DNA of 63,943 bases, filler included, from Sphacelaria rigidula (lineage: Eukaryota): the NCBI GenBank assembly GCA_964200075.2. It is 10 parts of 10 records of this genome, joined end to end, with 100 filler letters (N's around TTAATTAATTAA, not from the genome) between each part and the next. Parts side by side here need not be neighbours in the genome. Positions count along the whole stretch, not along the records: positions 1 to 6,305 come from CAXNAA020020896.1; positions 6,406 to 12,710 come from CAXNAA020020897.1; 8 more parts are not named here. One strand, 5' to 3'. The translations under genes and the position numbers were made by a program. The notes under the pieces are model-generated. The model did not search any database, was not told where the DNA came from, and saw only the letters and a program-made list of their open reading frames with translations. Below are positions 1-11,460 of the stretch, piece after piece; the stretch's first letter is position 1; each line of letters starts with the position of its first letter.

Positions 1-239
1 AGATATGCCACTTCAGCCCCATACTTTGTATGAACCCCAAAATATAAAATCGGCTGTTTGTTCGTGTTTGAAAAGCGACGAAAAGCTTAAATCACGCCGT
101 TGCTTACACGGATATGTCGTAACGTGCCAGAAGACCCTGCGCTGCAAATAGCTGAATCACAGCATCATTTTCAAATATCAACTGAGAAGCTCGACCGTTC
201 CAAGTGGGTACAAAGTGACCGAGAGCTTTTCACCGTGAA

Positions 240-1570
240 TGAGTACACGTGAGCGCAGCGAACGTCTTCATGTCAGTCAACTGCGAAAAAATTACAATAA
301 GAGCAACCACGGGAGTATGTACACTGTCAGGGTTGCCAACGCCGAAAGCACGGTCCACAACAGGCCGAAATTTGCCGATGGAACACGTTCCGATGCGACG
401 GCCATACGAAAGAGTGTCGGCAGACCTAGTCGAATACAAAACAGCTTCGAGGTCAATAGCTGGAGTACTATGTAGATAGGTACTGTCCGTAATAGACCAC
501 CTCACAGGATATGCCTTGCTCATTCCGGTAACTTATAAACAAGCCACTTCGATAGCTAGAACTTTTATCGATAAAGTTTTACCACACTTGGCATCCCGGA
601 AAAGCTGCATCCGATCAAAGAGCTGAATTTAAAAAGCAAGCTAATGTACGCACCGCAACAAGAGCTGGAATTCAAGAAGACTCGCCCGACACCATTACGC
701 CCGCAAGGTAATTCAGTGTCGGAACGAATCCACTCCCCTATACACGCGATATTAGCTATGCAGATGTCAGTTGGAAACAAAAATTGGACATGCTTCCGTT
801 GATCCAAATGGCGGATGACACATCCTATTACAATACTGTACAGGAGACACCGTATTCTTTATTGTTCGGAAGACAGCCCACATTATCAGTCAACATCATC
901 CCCGGCATACCTGAGGAAAGCCAAGCTGGAACACCAGAAGAATTTTGCCAAGGTGCAGCACCCGAAGAATTTTCCAAGGAAACACGCGAAAACCTACGGT
1001 TTGGATTTGAAATTGCGAGACAAGCTCTACGAGGAAGAGCGAACGAGCAAGAAAACAAAAACAAATGATAATCGTTCCCAGTGTTCAAACCTGGTAAAAA
1101 AGTACAGTACTTCTGTACCGATCATACCAGGATTCAGAAGGGTCGAACCCAAAACTCCAATTGCCATGGAGAGGATCTTCCACGATAACCGAGAGACGAC
1201 CGCCGGTTGTATACAGAAATCAAGTTGGCGACGACTCTGAAGAAGTGTCAATACATCTCGCTCATTTGAAGAAATTATTACCCGAGAGAAACAGCGCCAG
1301 CAGCGGACTTTGACAAGTTCAGCGAGTTGTTCCTAGGCAGACGGATACCTCTACCGGAGATAGACCAACCAGACGAAACGCTGCCTACAATAGAGCGTTA
1401 CACCGTCGAGCAAGTGGTGAGCCACGCTCCAGGCCCAGGTCGGAGAAGTCTTCATAACCATACATATCGGTTGAGACTCAAAGGCTGCGACCCAGCAGCT
1501 GACCTGACCTATCGGGCTGATGAGATACCACAATATAAACATCTCATCGATAAAAACCGTCGTGACAATG
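240..1570 (+). pseudogene. Disrupted retroviral-type integrase plus C-terminal chromodomain
   Basis: Across frames: RPYERVSADLVEY, VIDHLTGYALLIP, GIPEKLH, RPQGNSVSERIH, ETPYSLLFGRQP, KLQLPWRG (GPY/F-like), and YTVEQVVSH...YRLRLKG....DLTY (chromodomain-like). Multiple stops and frameshifts. Confidence 0.85.
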
Positions 1571-1869
1571 AGTCGGCAGAGTGCTCACATCCGGACTTGA
1601 ACCCAAAAAGACCGGGAAACGGAAAGGGATTCGATTGTTCAACAGACTGTTCGAGCCTCCTAGCAAAACGCTCAAGGGCTGAGCAGTAGCCTGGGGTCAC
1701 AAGACGGAGATCAATGGGAGTCACAGGAAAAAAATGATGTTGGAACAATACAGACATGAACGGAAGAATATCTGACATGTCAGCGGTGACGGGGGTGCAA
1801 CTTCCCAGGGAAGATAGCCTTAGCAATGGGGGTAGTCGCTGACAAGAAGCAAAGATCATTTCGATGACA

Positions 1870-2425
1870 TTTCACCAAAGAGCACAGTGCTCACAAGAAA
1901 ACATCGTACCCGCCGCTTTGTTACTTACGCGAGGACTTTGTCCCACTCCGGTGTCAGTGGAACCGAAGGCATCCCAGAACCCGGGGATGAATACCTCAAA
2001 CGCCCGTGGACCGGTCAGTGTCCCAGTGCCCAGTCATGTATACCTCACCGGTGCAGCCAACACCAAAGTGCAAATGCATCCCATAAAATATGTCACACAT
2101 GCAACGGTTACATGACACAAAATGACAAGGAGCAAGGGGCATTTCGATGATGTTTAGTCAAATGAGCACAAAGCCCACAGGCCGAAAATATCATACCCAA
2201 CGCTTTGTTACTTACGCGAGGACTTAGTCCTACCCCGGTGTTACCGGAGCCAAAGGCATCCCTGAACCCGGGCATAAAAAACCCAGGCGCCCGTGGAGCG
2301 TTCAGCATCCCAGTGCCTAGTCATGAATACCCGACAGATGCATAGCAGCACCAAAGTACAAAAATGCATCTGAGGGAAACATGTCTCACATGAAACAGTT
2401 ACATGACAGAGAAAAGCCAAAATTA
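1870..2425 (+). repeat. Two diverged ~290-bp tandem copies in the retroelement 3' untranslated region
   Basis: cgctttgttacttacgcgaggact...aaggcatccc...aacccggg...cgcccgtgga...cccagtgcc occurs at about 1913 and about 2201. Confidence 0.85.
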
Positions 2426-2646
2426 AAGGGTTTACAATGCATGCACTGTTTCTGACCACAAGAAGCTAAAATTTACTAGGGGTGTTTACTGAATACCACA
2501 CCATAGGGAGGGACTACCTTTGCGATTTGCGGCGGCGTGACTCAATGGATGATTGTCATCCAAAGACACTTTCACGATTATATCATCAGCAAAGCTGATG
2601 ATCGCCTCGTCCCAGCAACCGCAGTCCTGATGGGCTTGAGGCGCAT

Positions 2647-2661
2647 AAAGGAGAGGGGAAA
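2647..2661 (+). other. Polypurine tract (PPT)
   Basis: aaaggagaggggaaa lies immediately before TGTGGAAGA, the inferred LTR start. Confidence 0.7.
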
Positions 2662-3024
2662 TGTGGAAGACACGTCTTTGCAGTGACATATTAGAGACCG
2701 ATGCCACACATGTGTGAAGAACAAGCGCAGGCAGGTACAAGGTAGGAACGATCCGAAAGGACCAGATTACCGAGGACCCTGTAATGCCAACGATACTAGA
2801 CAAGTTGGGTGATGCCAGGAAGAGCCTGATATTGGGACGGACCAACATCCCCCGAGGAACTGGTCGCCCCCCGGCGACCACTTCTCGTTCAACCCATTTT
2901 TTGCCTACTTATTACAAGGGGAAATCATCGCAAGCCTCGGAGTTCCTTCGGCATCAGAACGACACCTCCAACGACAGTCTTCCCCGTAGGTTTCCGTCTA
3001 CCCTCGCGATACGCCTTTCTCACA
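2662..3024 (+). repeat. 3' LTR (~363 bp)
   Basis: Begins TGTGGAAGA after the PPT and ends TTTCTCACA (imperfect terminal inverted repeat). Shares motifs with the LTR at 4366-4716. Confidence 0.65.
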
Positions 3025-3324
3025 CATGTAGCAGCACGGTAGTGCGCATGAGATAGTACACATGCTCAATTTTACACATCCTAAAGACATCAATCTTCGA
3101 AACAGGAAAAATAAAAAAAATGATGTCAGTCCTCTACGTATAGCAGTACATGCAACCTTTATGTCGCAATCCGGTGGAGAGAAATCTCTAGACGCCTTCC
3201 GGCATGCAGTCAGTCAAGCATACGATCACTCATCTACAAAACTTTACCTCGCGAACCAGCGGATCGAAATTTTCTAAATGCTTTTCAACACGCGCAATCA
3301 AAAGCACAAAATTACATCACAGTT

Positions 3325-3361
<37 letters not shown>

Positions 3362-3444
3362 CCTGCTCCCCTCTCTTTTCACCGTCCCTCCTCCTCCCTT
3401 TCTTCACTTCGCGNNNNNNNNNNCAAACAAAAAAAAAACAAAAA

Positions 3445-3479
<35 letters not shown>

Positions 3480-4365
3480 TATTTTTCGCTTTTGAACAGT
3501 CTGTATATCTCTCTCCGCCTCCTCGTTTCGGGCTACGGGAAGGGGGGAATCTGCATCGCGGACCATTTTTTCCTACCTCCACCAATATCCATCGAGAGAT
3601 CCATGCAGCGGGGGTTGTGCTCGTTGCCGGTTGCGTTCACCCAACATTCACTTGTTACTTATCGCCAGAGACACAATTTCAAATAACGAGCCTCACAGGG
3701 AAGTAAGGCTTGGCGCGGAACAGTGGGGGTGGAAATATCCGGAAGCATGTCAGTTTCCAGGTCTCATCAATAGTGACATGTCACTCCACAAACAATTCCA
3801 TTCACACCGTCCAAAGTACTATTCCACGAAGGGTTGCATCTCAACAGTCATCGGTTTTTTCGCCAATGAATCCGTGCCTCTTCACTTTTATTTAGCGTTC
3901 CAGCTACACTTCTGTTCATGCATGTTGTGTGGAAATGCTCGCGTACTTTGTGATGGACCCAGTTTGTCAGGTTACAACTCGGCCAACAACCAAGAACAGT
4001 TTACGCTTTACACTCTTGTTTTAGTATGCATCACTGATATGTCTACACACCGCCCATGATTCCAGTGCCGTAAACATACAGCTTGACCACCAATCACGCG
4101 GGGTGGAAATGAGCATTTATTGTTTTATAGTGTCATGCAATAACATATTTTGTCTACCCCATGATGGCTCTAGTTTTGCCACCCTACAGCTTCATAACTA
4201 ACCAGAACGGGTGCAACGTAGATTTTTTTCTTTTTCCTCAGTTCATGCCTGAGATGCTTGTTCAGCACATGGTAGACCTGCCAGTCTACAGCTCCAAAAT
4301 GAACCAAAAGGGGTACGAGTGTGGAGACCATTCATGTATGAGTGTAATGAACACGAGAATACACA

Positions 4366-4716
4366 TGTAAGCCGGAGAAACATTGTCAGGAACGGGGTCC
4401 GCCAATGACGTACATGAGCGGACTCGAAACGTTCAAATATGTGAATCTGGGTCTTTGACAACCTAGGCAAGGGAGTCTCCGGTAGAAATAGCTCGGAATA
4501 ATAGAGCCGCCGCATGAATCCTGGTTGAGCGACTGCCGTACCCGCTCGTTCAGTTGTTCGTTTTGCCTACCATCGGTCGCGGCCAAATCCTGGCCTCAAA
4601 CAACAACAGAGAAATTCGCGCCTCGCTTTGGAGATCCTTCGGCAGCAGGGCACGACAATGGTGTCCTTCGGGACCCGTAAGTCTACTGCCTGACCCCTAG
4701 CGAAGCTTGGTTCACA
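4366..4716 (+). repeat. 5' LTR (~351 bp) of a second, related LTR element
   Basis: TGTAAGCC...GGTTCACA termini, followed 1 nt later by a PBS. Shares ctcgttca, ttttgcctac and tccttcggca.cag with the upstream LTR. Confidence 0.65.
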
Positions 4717-4717
4717 G

Positions 4718-4748
4718 TGGCGTCGACGAAGTGATTTGAACCCGCGCG
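4718..4748 (+). other. Primer binding site, tRNA-Ser-like
   Basis: TGGCGTCGACGAAGTGATTTGAACCCGCGCG. Its reverse complement ends GGTTCAAATC...GTCGACG-CCA, like the 3' end of a eukaryotic tRNA-Ser. Confidence 0.7.
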
Positions 4749-4829
4749 TACAGAGCACCTTGACACGCGCAACCGATGATTTAGTGCAAGTTTACAGAAG
4801 AGCAGCTTTGTAGACGTTATCAACACAAT

Positions 4830-5961
4830 ATGCCGACCAAGAACCCCAGCAACGCTACGCAGGCAGCGGTCACGCCAGCACCAGCCAAAGCCGACGCCAA
4901 AACGGGCGAACAGGTATCGAACTCCGACCCCGCGAAGTTGGTCATGGCAGATGTAGCGGAGGACACCAGCCCCGAGACATGGGCTGCCCAGCGACAGAGA
5001 TAAAGATCTAGGTCGAGAAAAAGCGGGGAAGAAACCATAGCAGCAACCGGATAGGGAGGAAAAAAAAAGAGGCAACACATGTTTGGGAGGAGGTAGCATA
5101 GTTAGTGCAAACTAGGGGAGTAGGTTTCACCACTCCGACACAAGCGGCGACAGCGGTGTAGACAGCGAATACTACTCAGCTACATCCAACGTCGAAGAGA
5201 CCGAAGCAGTGGACTTGGGATTGGCTCTGAACATCCTCGAAAGTTACGCTTGGGATGGATCTGATATCCCGGCGTGGGACCTTTCGTCGTTAGGGATGGC
5301 CTCACCATCGAATGACGCTCTCCGCCAGGTCGCGCAGCTCGCGGAAACCGTGGCTGATCTGGACGGAAAGCTGGACAAACTTTCTAGAGGAAAATACCGC
5401 AGTTCAGAACGAGGCAGGTCGCACAAACGCACACCAGCCCCGACAGAAACGCTAGGACAAAAAGCTGAAACCAAAGACGGCGGGAAAGGTGTACGTTTCG
5501 AGCCCAGGAAGAGATCTAGTAGCAAAAATTCCAGTCCTATGAGATCCTCCACGGGTAAAGACGTACAGCAATCATGCTCGTGCAAAATTTGAAAGTACAG
5601 AAAAACCATACCATCGGCAGCTGTCAGCAGGCCAAGAAGAAGAGGGAGGAATTGACCGCCCTCGGCTTTTGACGGTGCCCAGCACAGGATGGATCCATCG
5701 CCCAGCCAGGGTAGAGTCCGCTTCGCGAAAAGGGCAACTGCCGTAGCACATTCGACGTTCAAGACGAAGAAGGTAGCATGCATGACGCTAAGGAGCAGCA
5801 ATAAACCGAGGGAAATCTCTCTGGTTGGTGAGACCGGGAAAAATATGCGGCTTTCTAGAAGTACAGTAGCACCTTCGGTGGAATCGAATGCGAAGTCTCA
5901 CAAAGAGGTGGCGAAAGTACATGACAGAGTCAAGCAGAAGCTCAAAGTTAGCACAACATAA
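4830..5961 (+). pseudogene. Decayed gag-like ORF of the second LTR element
   Basis: ATG about 80 nt after the PBS (MPTKNPSNATQAAV...) and broken ORFs with a coiled-coil-like segment (LRQVAQLAETVADLDGKLDKL). The call rests on position. Confidence 0.5.
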
Positions 5962-6305
5962 GTCGAGGAGTGGTGCCGTGTAGCCCGCCTTCGTACTTGG
6001 AAAGTGTTTCGCAACCAGCTTTTATAGCTCAACTATCATGTAACTCAACCGTCATGTAATATCAATGCAAAACACCGATCGACATATCTGACTCCCGACG
6101 CTCAAGCGTTTATGGCATTCCATATTTATGTTTTCGTTAGCACGGTGTCCGGCAGGACCCGTCACGATACATCCAGCCTCGTCAAGAGTCCAAGTACCGG
6201 CTATAGTAGATGATAGTGCAGTGGGAGCTCTGATAACAGGGTTGCCAGAAAAATGAGAACGTATCTTGAAATGAGAATCAACCGCTCCCCGGGATTGTGT
6301 CCATT

Positions 6306-6405
6306 NNNNNNNNNNNNNNNNNNNNNNNNNNNNNNNNNNNNNNNNNNNNTTAATTAATTAANNNNNNNNNNNNNNNNNNNNNNNNNNNNNNNNNNNNNNN
6401 NNNNN
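6306..6405. other. Artificial contig linker (N44-TTAATTAATTAA-N44)
   Basis: Identical 100-bp linkers also at 12711-12810, 19116-19215, 25521-25620, 31925-32024, 38329-38428, 44733-44832, 51137-51236 and 57541-57640. The core has stops in all six frames. Confidence 0.98.
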
Positions 6406-7879
6406 GTAGGTCTTGGCATTTATGCCATGCATTGCCCACCCCTTCCCTTCATTTGGCGCTTTTTGCACCTCATGTCGGAAATTTCTGGAAATGGCTCACC
6501 AGACTTCCACCGCCTACTGAAAGTCAGTAAGGTTTTACGGGTATCTCACCACGAGACCCCAACCTCCATGCGAATTTGACATGAAGGGGGTGATGACCCT
6601 ACCCTATTCGTACTGGTTATATCTTTTGTATTTTTTATTTGCATGTAAGGTGGTCAATCTTTATGCTGTTGTTTACATGTCTAGGTTTTGGGTGTTATTA
6701 TTGTCTTGCGTATGTTATAATACGATGGGGGAGAATCTCGGTTATTTTCCGCGACTCCATGTCTATGTCCGGGCTGTGTTATGGTACGTTAAATCAAATG
6801 TGCTCTTTGGGGGGGAAACATTGGGTTGTTCATATTTTTTCATGTTGTGTCCGTCGGTCCGGTACTTTTACCTAGTGGCGGTCCCCGGTATATGTACGGT
6901 GACAGTCTGTACACTTGTGTAGGTTTTGGTGACTTGTTTTACAGCGCCGTCGCCACTCCACGCCAACCTAAGAGACTAGAGGGGTGTACTCATAATCATG
7001 CATGTCGTAGTCGTAAGACCATCGACCTCGCCTTCCTACAAAGTCGGGACGAAGCATTCCGTGTTTTCGCCGGACTAGGCTCGCAATCAATCACCAAGCG
7101 CGAAACGCTGTGGTGTGTTCGGCGAGTCGCATGAAGGGTGGACTGCATTCTGCCAAGATCGTTGGGCCCGGAGCGTACTAATTATCTTGCATTTGGGCGG
7201 CAGCCCTCAACGAGTTGCTTTATTTTCTGGTATTGCCAATTCCAGAGACGGCCACGGCTTACACGCTGCCCCATGGGCGTCTCGCCATTCAAACACTACG
7301 TAGTACAATCATCCGCTTTGCGCGTAGGCGAAGTTCTTCTCCCACGCCGCACAACATGATCTCGTTCGACCACCATCATGGTTACCGCAACAAAAAACGC
7401 AAGCACGTAGTTCTCATCGGTCACCTGGTTGCCTAGCTTACGCAGTGCGTGGCGTGCTTTACAGCGTCATCGCCAACCGACGCCAACCGCATAGGGGGTC
7501 GGGGGGGGGGGGCATGATCGTTTGGCCGCACTTCCTGTAGACACAAACACGAACACAGAACGCCTCGATTGTCCCTCTTGCATGTCGGTGACAAGTATGT
7601 TCTATAATAGATGCGTAGTCCATAACGTCCTCCCCAACTTAAGTGGCCCATATGCATATGCTCATTGCTTCGTATGACGTTACGTACTACGGTATATATA
7701 TATATATATCACAATTAACTCATTTATCTTTTTCGCCGTTGAAAAGCATTGGACGCAGGTGCACTTTTTGTCATTTTTTTCACTCGATTTTAGAGTACAT
7801 TTTTTCGCGCCCAATTCATTCTCCCTGAACCGAAGCTCTGAGAAGCCAGTATTGGCTCTTACTTGATTTTAGAGTACAG

Positions 7880-9160
7880 CGGAGTACAGCGAAGTACAGC
7901 GAAACGGGGCCGTCGTTCTGTCATGGTGTTTCCGCTTCGATTTCGGTAGACATTCCGCTTGAGGTCGATTCGGGAGCATCGCTTTCATCGTTTTCTCGGC
8001 AGTGTTCTGCATGGTGTTTTCATCCATTTCGTTCCGCCGTTTTTTCCTTGCCGTGGAGGTAGACCCTTCGTTCGTCGACCCTTCTTCCACGTCACACGGC
8101 ATACAGCCCTTCCAATCGCTCCGCCGTTCTTGGTCAGAATCCCAGAACGTTCACATAAGCTGTGAGAACCGAGCATTTCCCCGTACTATAGCGAGTCGCG
8201 AATTTCCCGTGTGTACAGACCAGAACACAGAACAGAACGTCTCTGCTATCATGAGTCGAGGACTTTCCCAGCGTCTCTGCCCGGTCAAGCAATACCTGAC
8301 TTCACAGTATCACAGTATCACAGTACACGTTTTCCGCTTCCATTCCGCCAGACATTTCGCTTCAGGAGGTTTCAGGAGCATCGCTTTCCCGGCAGTGTTT
8401 TGCATAGTATTTTCATCCATTTCATATTCATAACCGTTCCGTCGTTTTTTCCACCGCACACAGGCCTCCCATTCGCTCCGCTTTTTTGGTCGGAATCCCA
8501 AAACGTTCCCAGGAGCTCTGAGAACCGAGCATTTCCCCTTACTTGATTATACACAGGGCATAATTTCTCTGCTATCATGAGTCGTGGACTTTCCCAGCGT
8601 CTCTCGTGGACTTTCCCAGCGTCTCTGCCCGGTTCTCTCAACCTCTTACAAGCATTACCTGATTTCACAGTATCACAGTATTTCCGCTTCCATTCCGCTA
8701 GACATTTCGCTTCAGAAGATTTCTTTTGCATAGTATTTTCATCCATTTCATATCCATAACCGTTCCGCCGTTTTTCCACCGCACACAGGCCTCCCAATCG
8801 CTCCGCTTTTTTTGGTCGGAATCCCAGAACGTTCCCAGGAGCTCTGAGAACCGAGCATCTCCCCTTACTTAACCCCTAGACCGCGAGGTTAGTCTTCTGT
8901 TGAATCGGCATCAATTTCAAGTGAAAAAAAGTATGCATGATCCAGAAGGACTAATCTCGCGGTCTAAGGGTTAACCCCTAGACCGCGAGGTTAGTCTTCT
9001 GTTGAATCGGCATCAATTTCAAGTGAAAAAAAGTATGCATGATCCAGAAAGACTATCTCGCGGTCTAAGGGTTAATTAGAGTGAGTCGCCAACTTTCCCA
9101 GTGTATAGACAGAACGTCTCTGCTATCAAGTGTCGCGGCTCTCCCAACGTCTGTGCCCGA
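7880..9160. repeat. Tandem array of about three diverged 350-400-bp units
   Basis: tttccgcttc.att.cg..agacatt.cgctt at about 7929, 8331 and 8681; gaatccca.aacgtt...gagaaccgagcat recurs. Confidence 0.85.
8873..9071. mobile_element. Head-to-tail dimer of a ~98-bp piggyBac-type MITE
   Basis: TTAA|CCCCTAGACCGCGAGGTTAGTCTTCTG...CAGAAGGACTAATCTCGCGGTCTAAGGG|TTAA, twice (8873-8970 and 8975-9071), sharing a central TTAA. Confidence 0.8.
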
Positions 9161-9664
9161 ATGGCGCTCACTGGATGTGGCTTCGGGTGTGCTCTGTTCG
9201 TATTGTGCTCAGTTTTTCCTCCAACATATCCTGATGCAACTGTTATTTGTTGAACTTTAGAGCGGCTGAATACCTCACTTGGAACATTCTCCAGAATATC
9301 ATAGCCTGCCCCCGCCATCACACACCACTGCACACCAGCCACTCATTGTAATGGCTTCAAGAAAAAGTTTTGCTGCAACACCACCAGCGAAAGGAAAGAC
9401 CAGTGCATACACAAACAACACTAACAAACTCACGACGCCGACGTTCGACGACATCCTCATCAGTGCGATGACAATGGCTGGATTGAGGCCAAAGGAACGC
9501 CCGACCGCTAATTGTTTCGAATAGTTTGGACTTCGTACTCCGGCCGTATGTGCCATAGTTGGTCGCGTTGCGAGTACTGTCTGCTACTTCACTGTTACGA
9601 TGCCACGTTGCGGTTGTCGTCTGCTCTACTGTCCTGCTATTTCTGAAGCCTGTTTCGTTCAATG

Positions 9665-10100
9665 GGTCATGTCTGTCATGTTGAATCCGGGGTGACCGTG
9701 TTTCGGGGGATATCGGTCGCTACTCGTGATCGAGTGTTGTTTCCTGTTTATGGACGGCTTTCGCACGACGGGATAGTCTGTCATGTTGAATCCGTCGTCG
9801 TTTACCGTGTTTTGGGGAATATCGGTCGCTACTGTTGGTGGATTGTTGCCTTACTTCTTCCGTTTCTCTTATATATCCACTACATTACGGGTATTGCTGG
9901 TCATGTCTGTGATGTTCAATCCGAGGTTGTCCGTGTTTCGGGGAATATCGGTCGCTACCTTCGCGCGACGGGATAGTCTGTCATGTTGGATCCGTGGTCG
10001 TCGTTTACCGTGTTTCGGGGGATTTGGTCGATACTGTTGGTCGATTGTTGTTTTACTTCTTCCGATTCTCTTACATATCCACTACATCGCGGATATTGCC
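9665..10100. repeat. Irregular minisatellite
   Basis: gtctgtcatgttg.atcc...ccgtgttt.gggga.tatcggtcgctac recurs about four times. Confidence 0.8.
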
Positions 10101-10563
10101 TGCTCACGAAGAAGGAGGAATGAATATTTTATGCTTTCTCAGTTGCTGTTCCTGGACCCTGTTCCGTACGATGGGCGTTTCTGTGGTGCAATAGTACTGG
10201 ACTCATGGTTGCGAACAATCGTGTGTGTCCGTCGCAACTCTTTCTCGGGTTCCTATTCGTCGCTGTGGGTGGAAAACGTAAATGAGTGTCTTCATATCTG
10301 TTCTTGACGGTGGAGGTAGTCTTCTGCCCGTTCTGCCGTATCGGTACAATCGTCAAAACATCATTAAGCCTCTTCTCCTTACCCTGCCCCCGGGACACGG
10401 GTCTCCACATTATGCACAGCGCAATATACTGCACTTAAAGCTGTGATCTGTTCCGTCGCCTACTGCGAGCAACGATGACCGGTCCTCATGTACCTTGGCT
10501 ATCGATCTCATTGGGCGTTGCGGCGGAAGCCGCCGAACTTTTGTATATATATATATATATATA

Positions 10564-11460
10564 CAAGCTGGGCCAGCTGACAGTGATTTTTAAATGTACT
10601 TTGGCAATGCTGTGGGTCATTCGAAGAGTTAGGCCGGATGTTATGGCCCCAGATCTTCGGCCCCAGATCTTAAGCTTTTGAAATAATTCGTGTGACACCC
10701 ATGTTGTGCGTACAAATTATTTGAAGTTTTGGGTGAAATAATCCGCGGCCAAGATTCGGGTCCCGAGTCCCGCAGATTTTTGGGCAAACTGGCGGGCGTC
10801 GGCAAGCACAGATGTTGGCGCACGGATTTTGGCGTTTTGGCCGGCAGACCGTCATAATGGGGTCACGCCGCGTTATTCTTGGATGTGCCGGCGTGCTAGC
10901 TGCGCCTTTGTGAGTGATCCTGTCGACAACAACCAACAACACACGAAGCAACCACACGCCGCACCCGACGTGCCATGGAGCCCGCTTCGCGCGTGCGAGA
11001 CAAGGAACGACACGCCTTGCTCGTCGGTCTGAGACGTCGAGAGAATGGAGACATGTGATGAGCACTGTCGCTGTCTGGCGGGTAGCTCTGCGATCCTTCG
11101 ATGAAGGATTCAACTTGAGCAGCAACGAGGGGGCATGGTCGCTTACTTATGTGCTCGAAAGAACCGGCACTGGTGTTAGTGGAGTGGTGGTGACCTCTCT
11201 GCGGCAGTGACGCTACATCACTACAGCACACCACAACACACGAGACACCTCCAGGACTGTGAGCTGTTGAAACATGCTGAACGTAAGACTTGAAACCCTG
11301 GTGGAGGTACACAAATCAGACCAGTATGGTATGAAATCTGTGTGCTGCCATAATATCGTTTCCGGAACCACATTTGCCGCGGATTTGTTTCACCAGCATT
11401 CAAAAATCTGTGGGCCAAAGATCTGTCTTCCATAACATCCGGCCTAAGGCGCTGAAATTT
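10564..11460. mobile_element. Non-autonomous TA-flanked element of the CGAGCTGGGCC-terminus family (right terminus degraded)
   Basis: Left end TA|CAAGCTGGGCCAGC; subterminal inverted repeats taggccggatgttatgg (~10630) and ccataacatccggccta (~11430). Confidence 0.55.

Larger units (their letters stand above)
1..3024 (+). mobile_element. 3' half of a decayed Ty3/gypsy LTR retrotransposon with a chromodomain (chromovirus-like)
   Basis: Frameshifted integrase motifs, then a chromodomain-like segment, a PPT and a TG..CA LTR, in the expected order. Confidence 0.85.

Noticed and set aside
3204..3706. Poly-Pro/poly-Gly ORFs (also near 12811-12910 and 55850-56060)
   Set aside because: They arise from poly-C runs and low-quality sequence next to assembly gaps.
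6350..6361. Recurrent TTAATTAATTAA motif
   Set aside because: Artificial linker embedded in fixed N runs.
6580..6905. Possible PPT plus LTR (gaaggggg|TGATGACC...GGTGACA)
   Set aside because: No partner LTR, TSD or recognisable pol sequence supports it.
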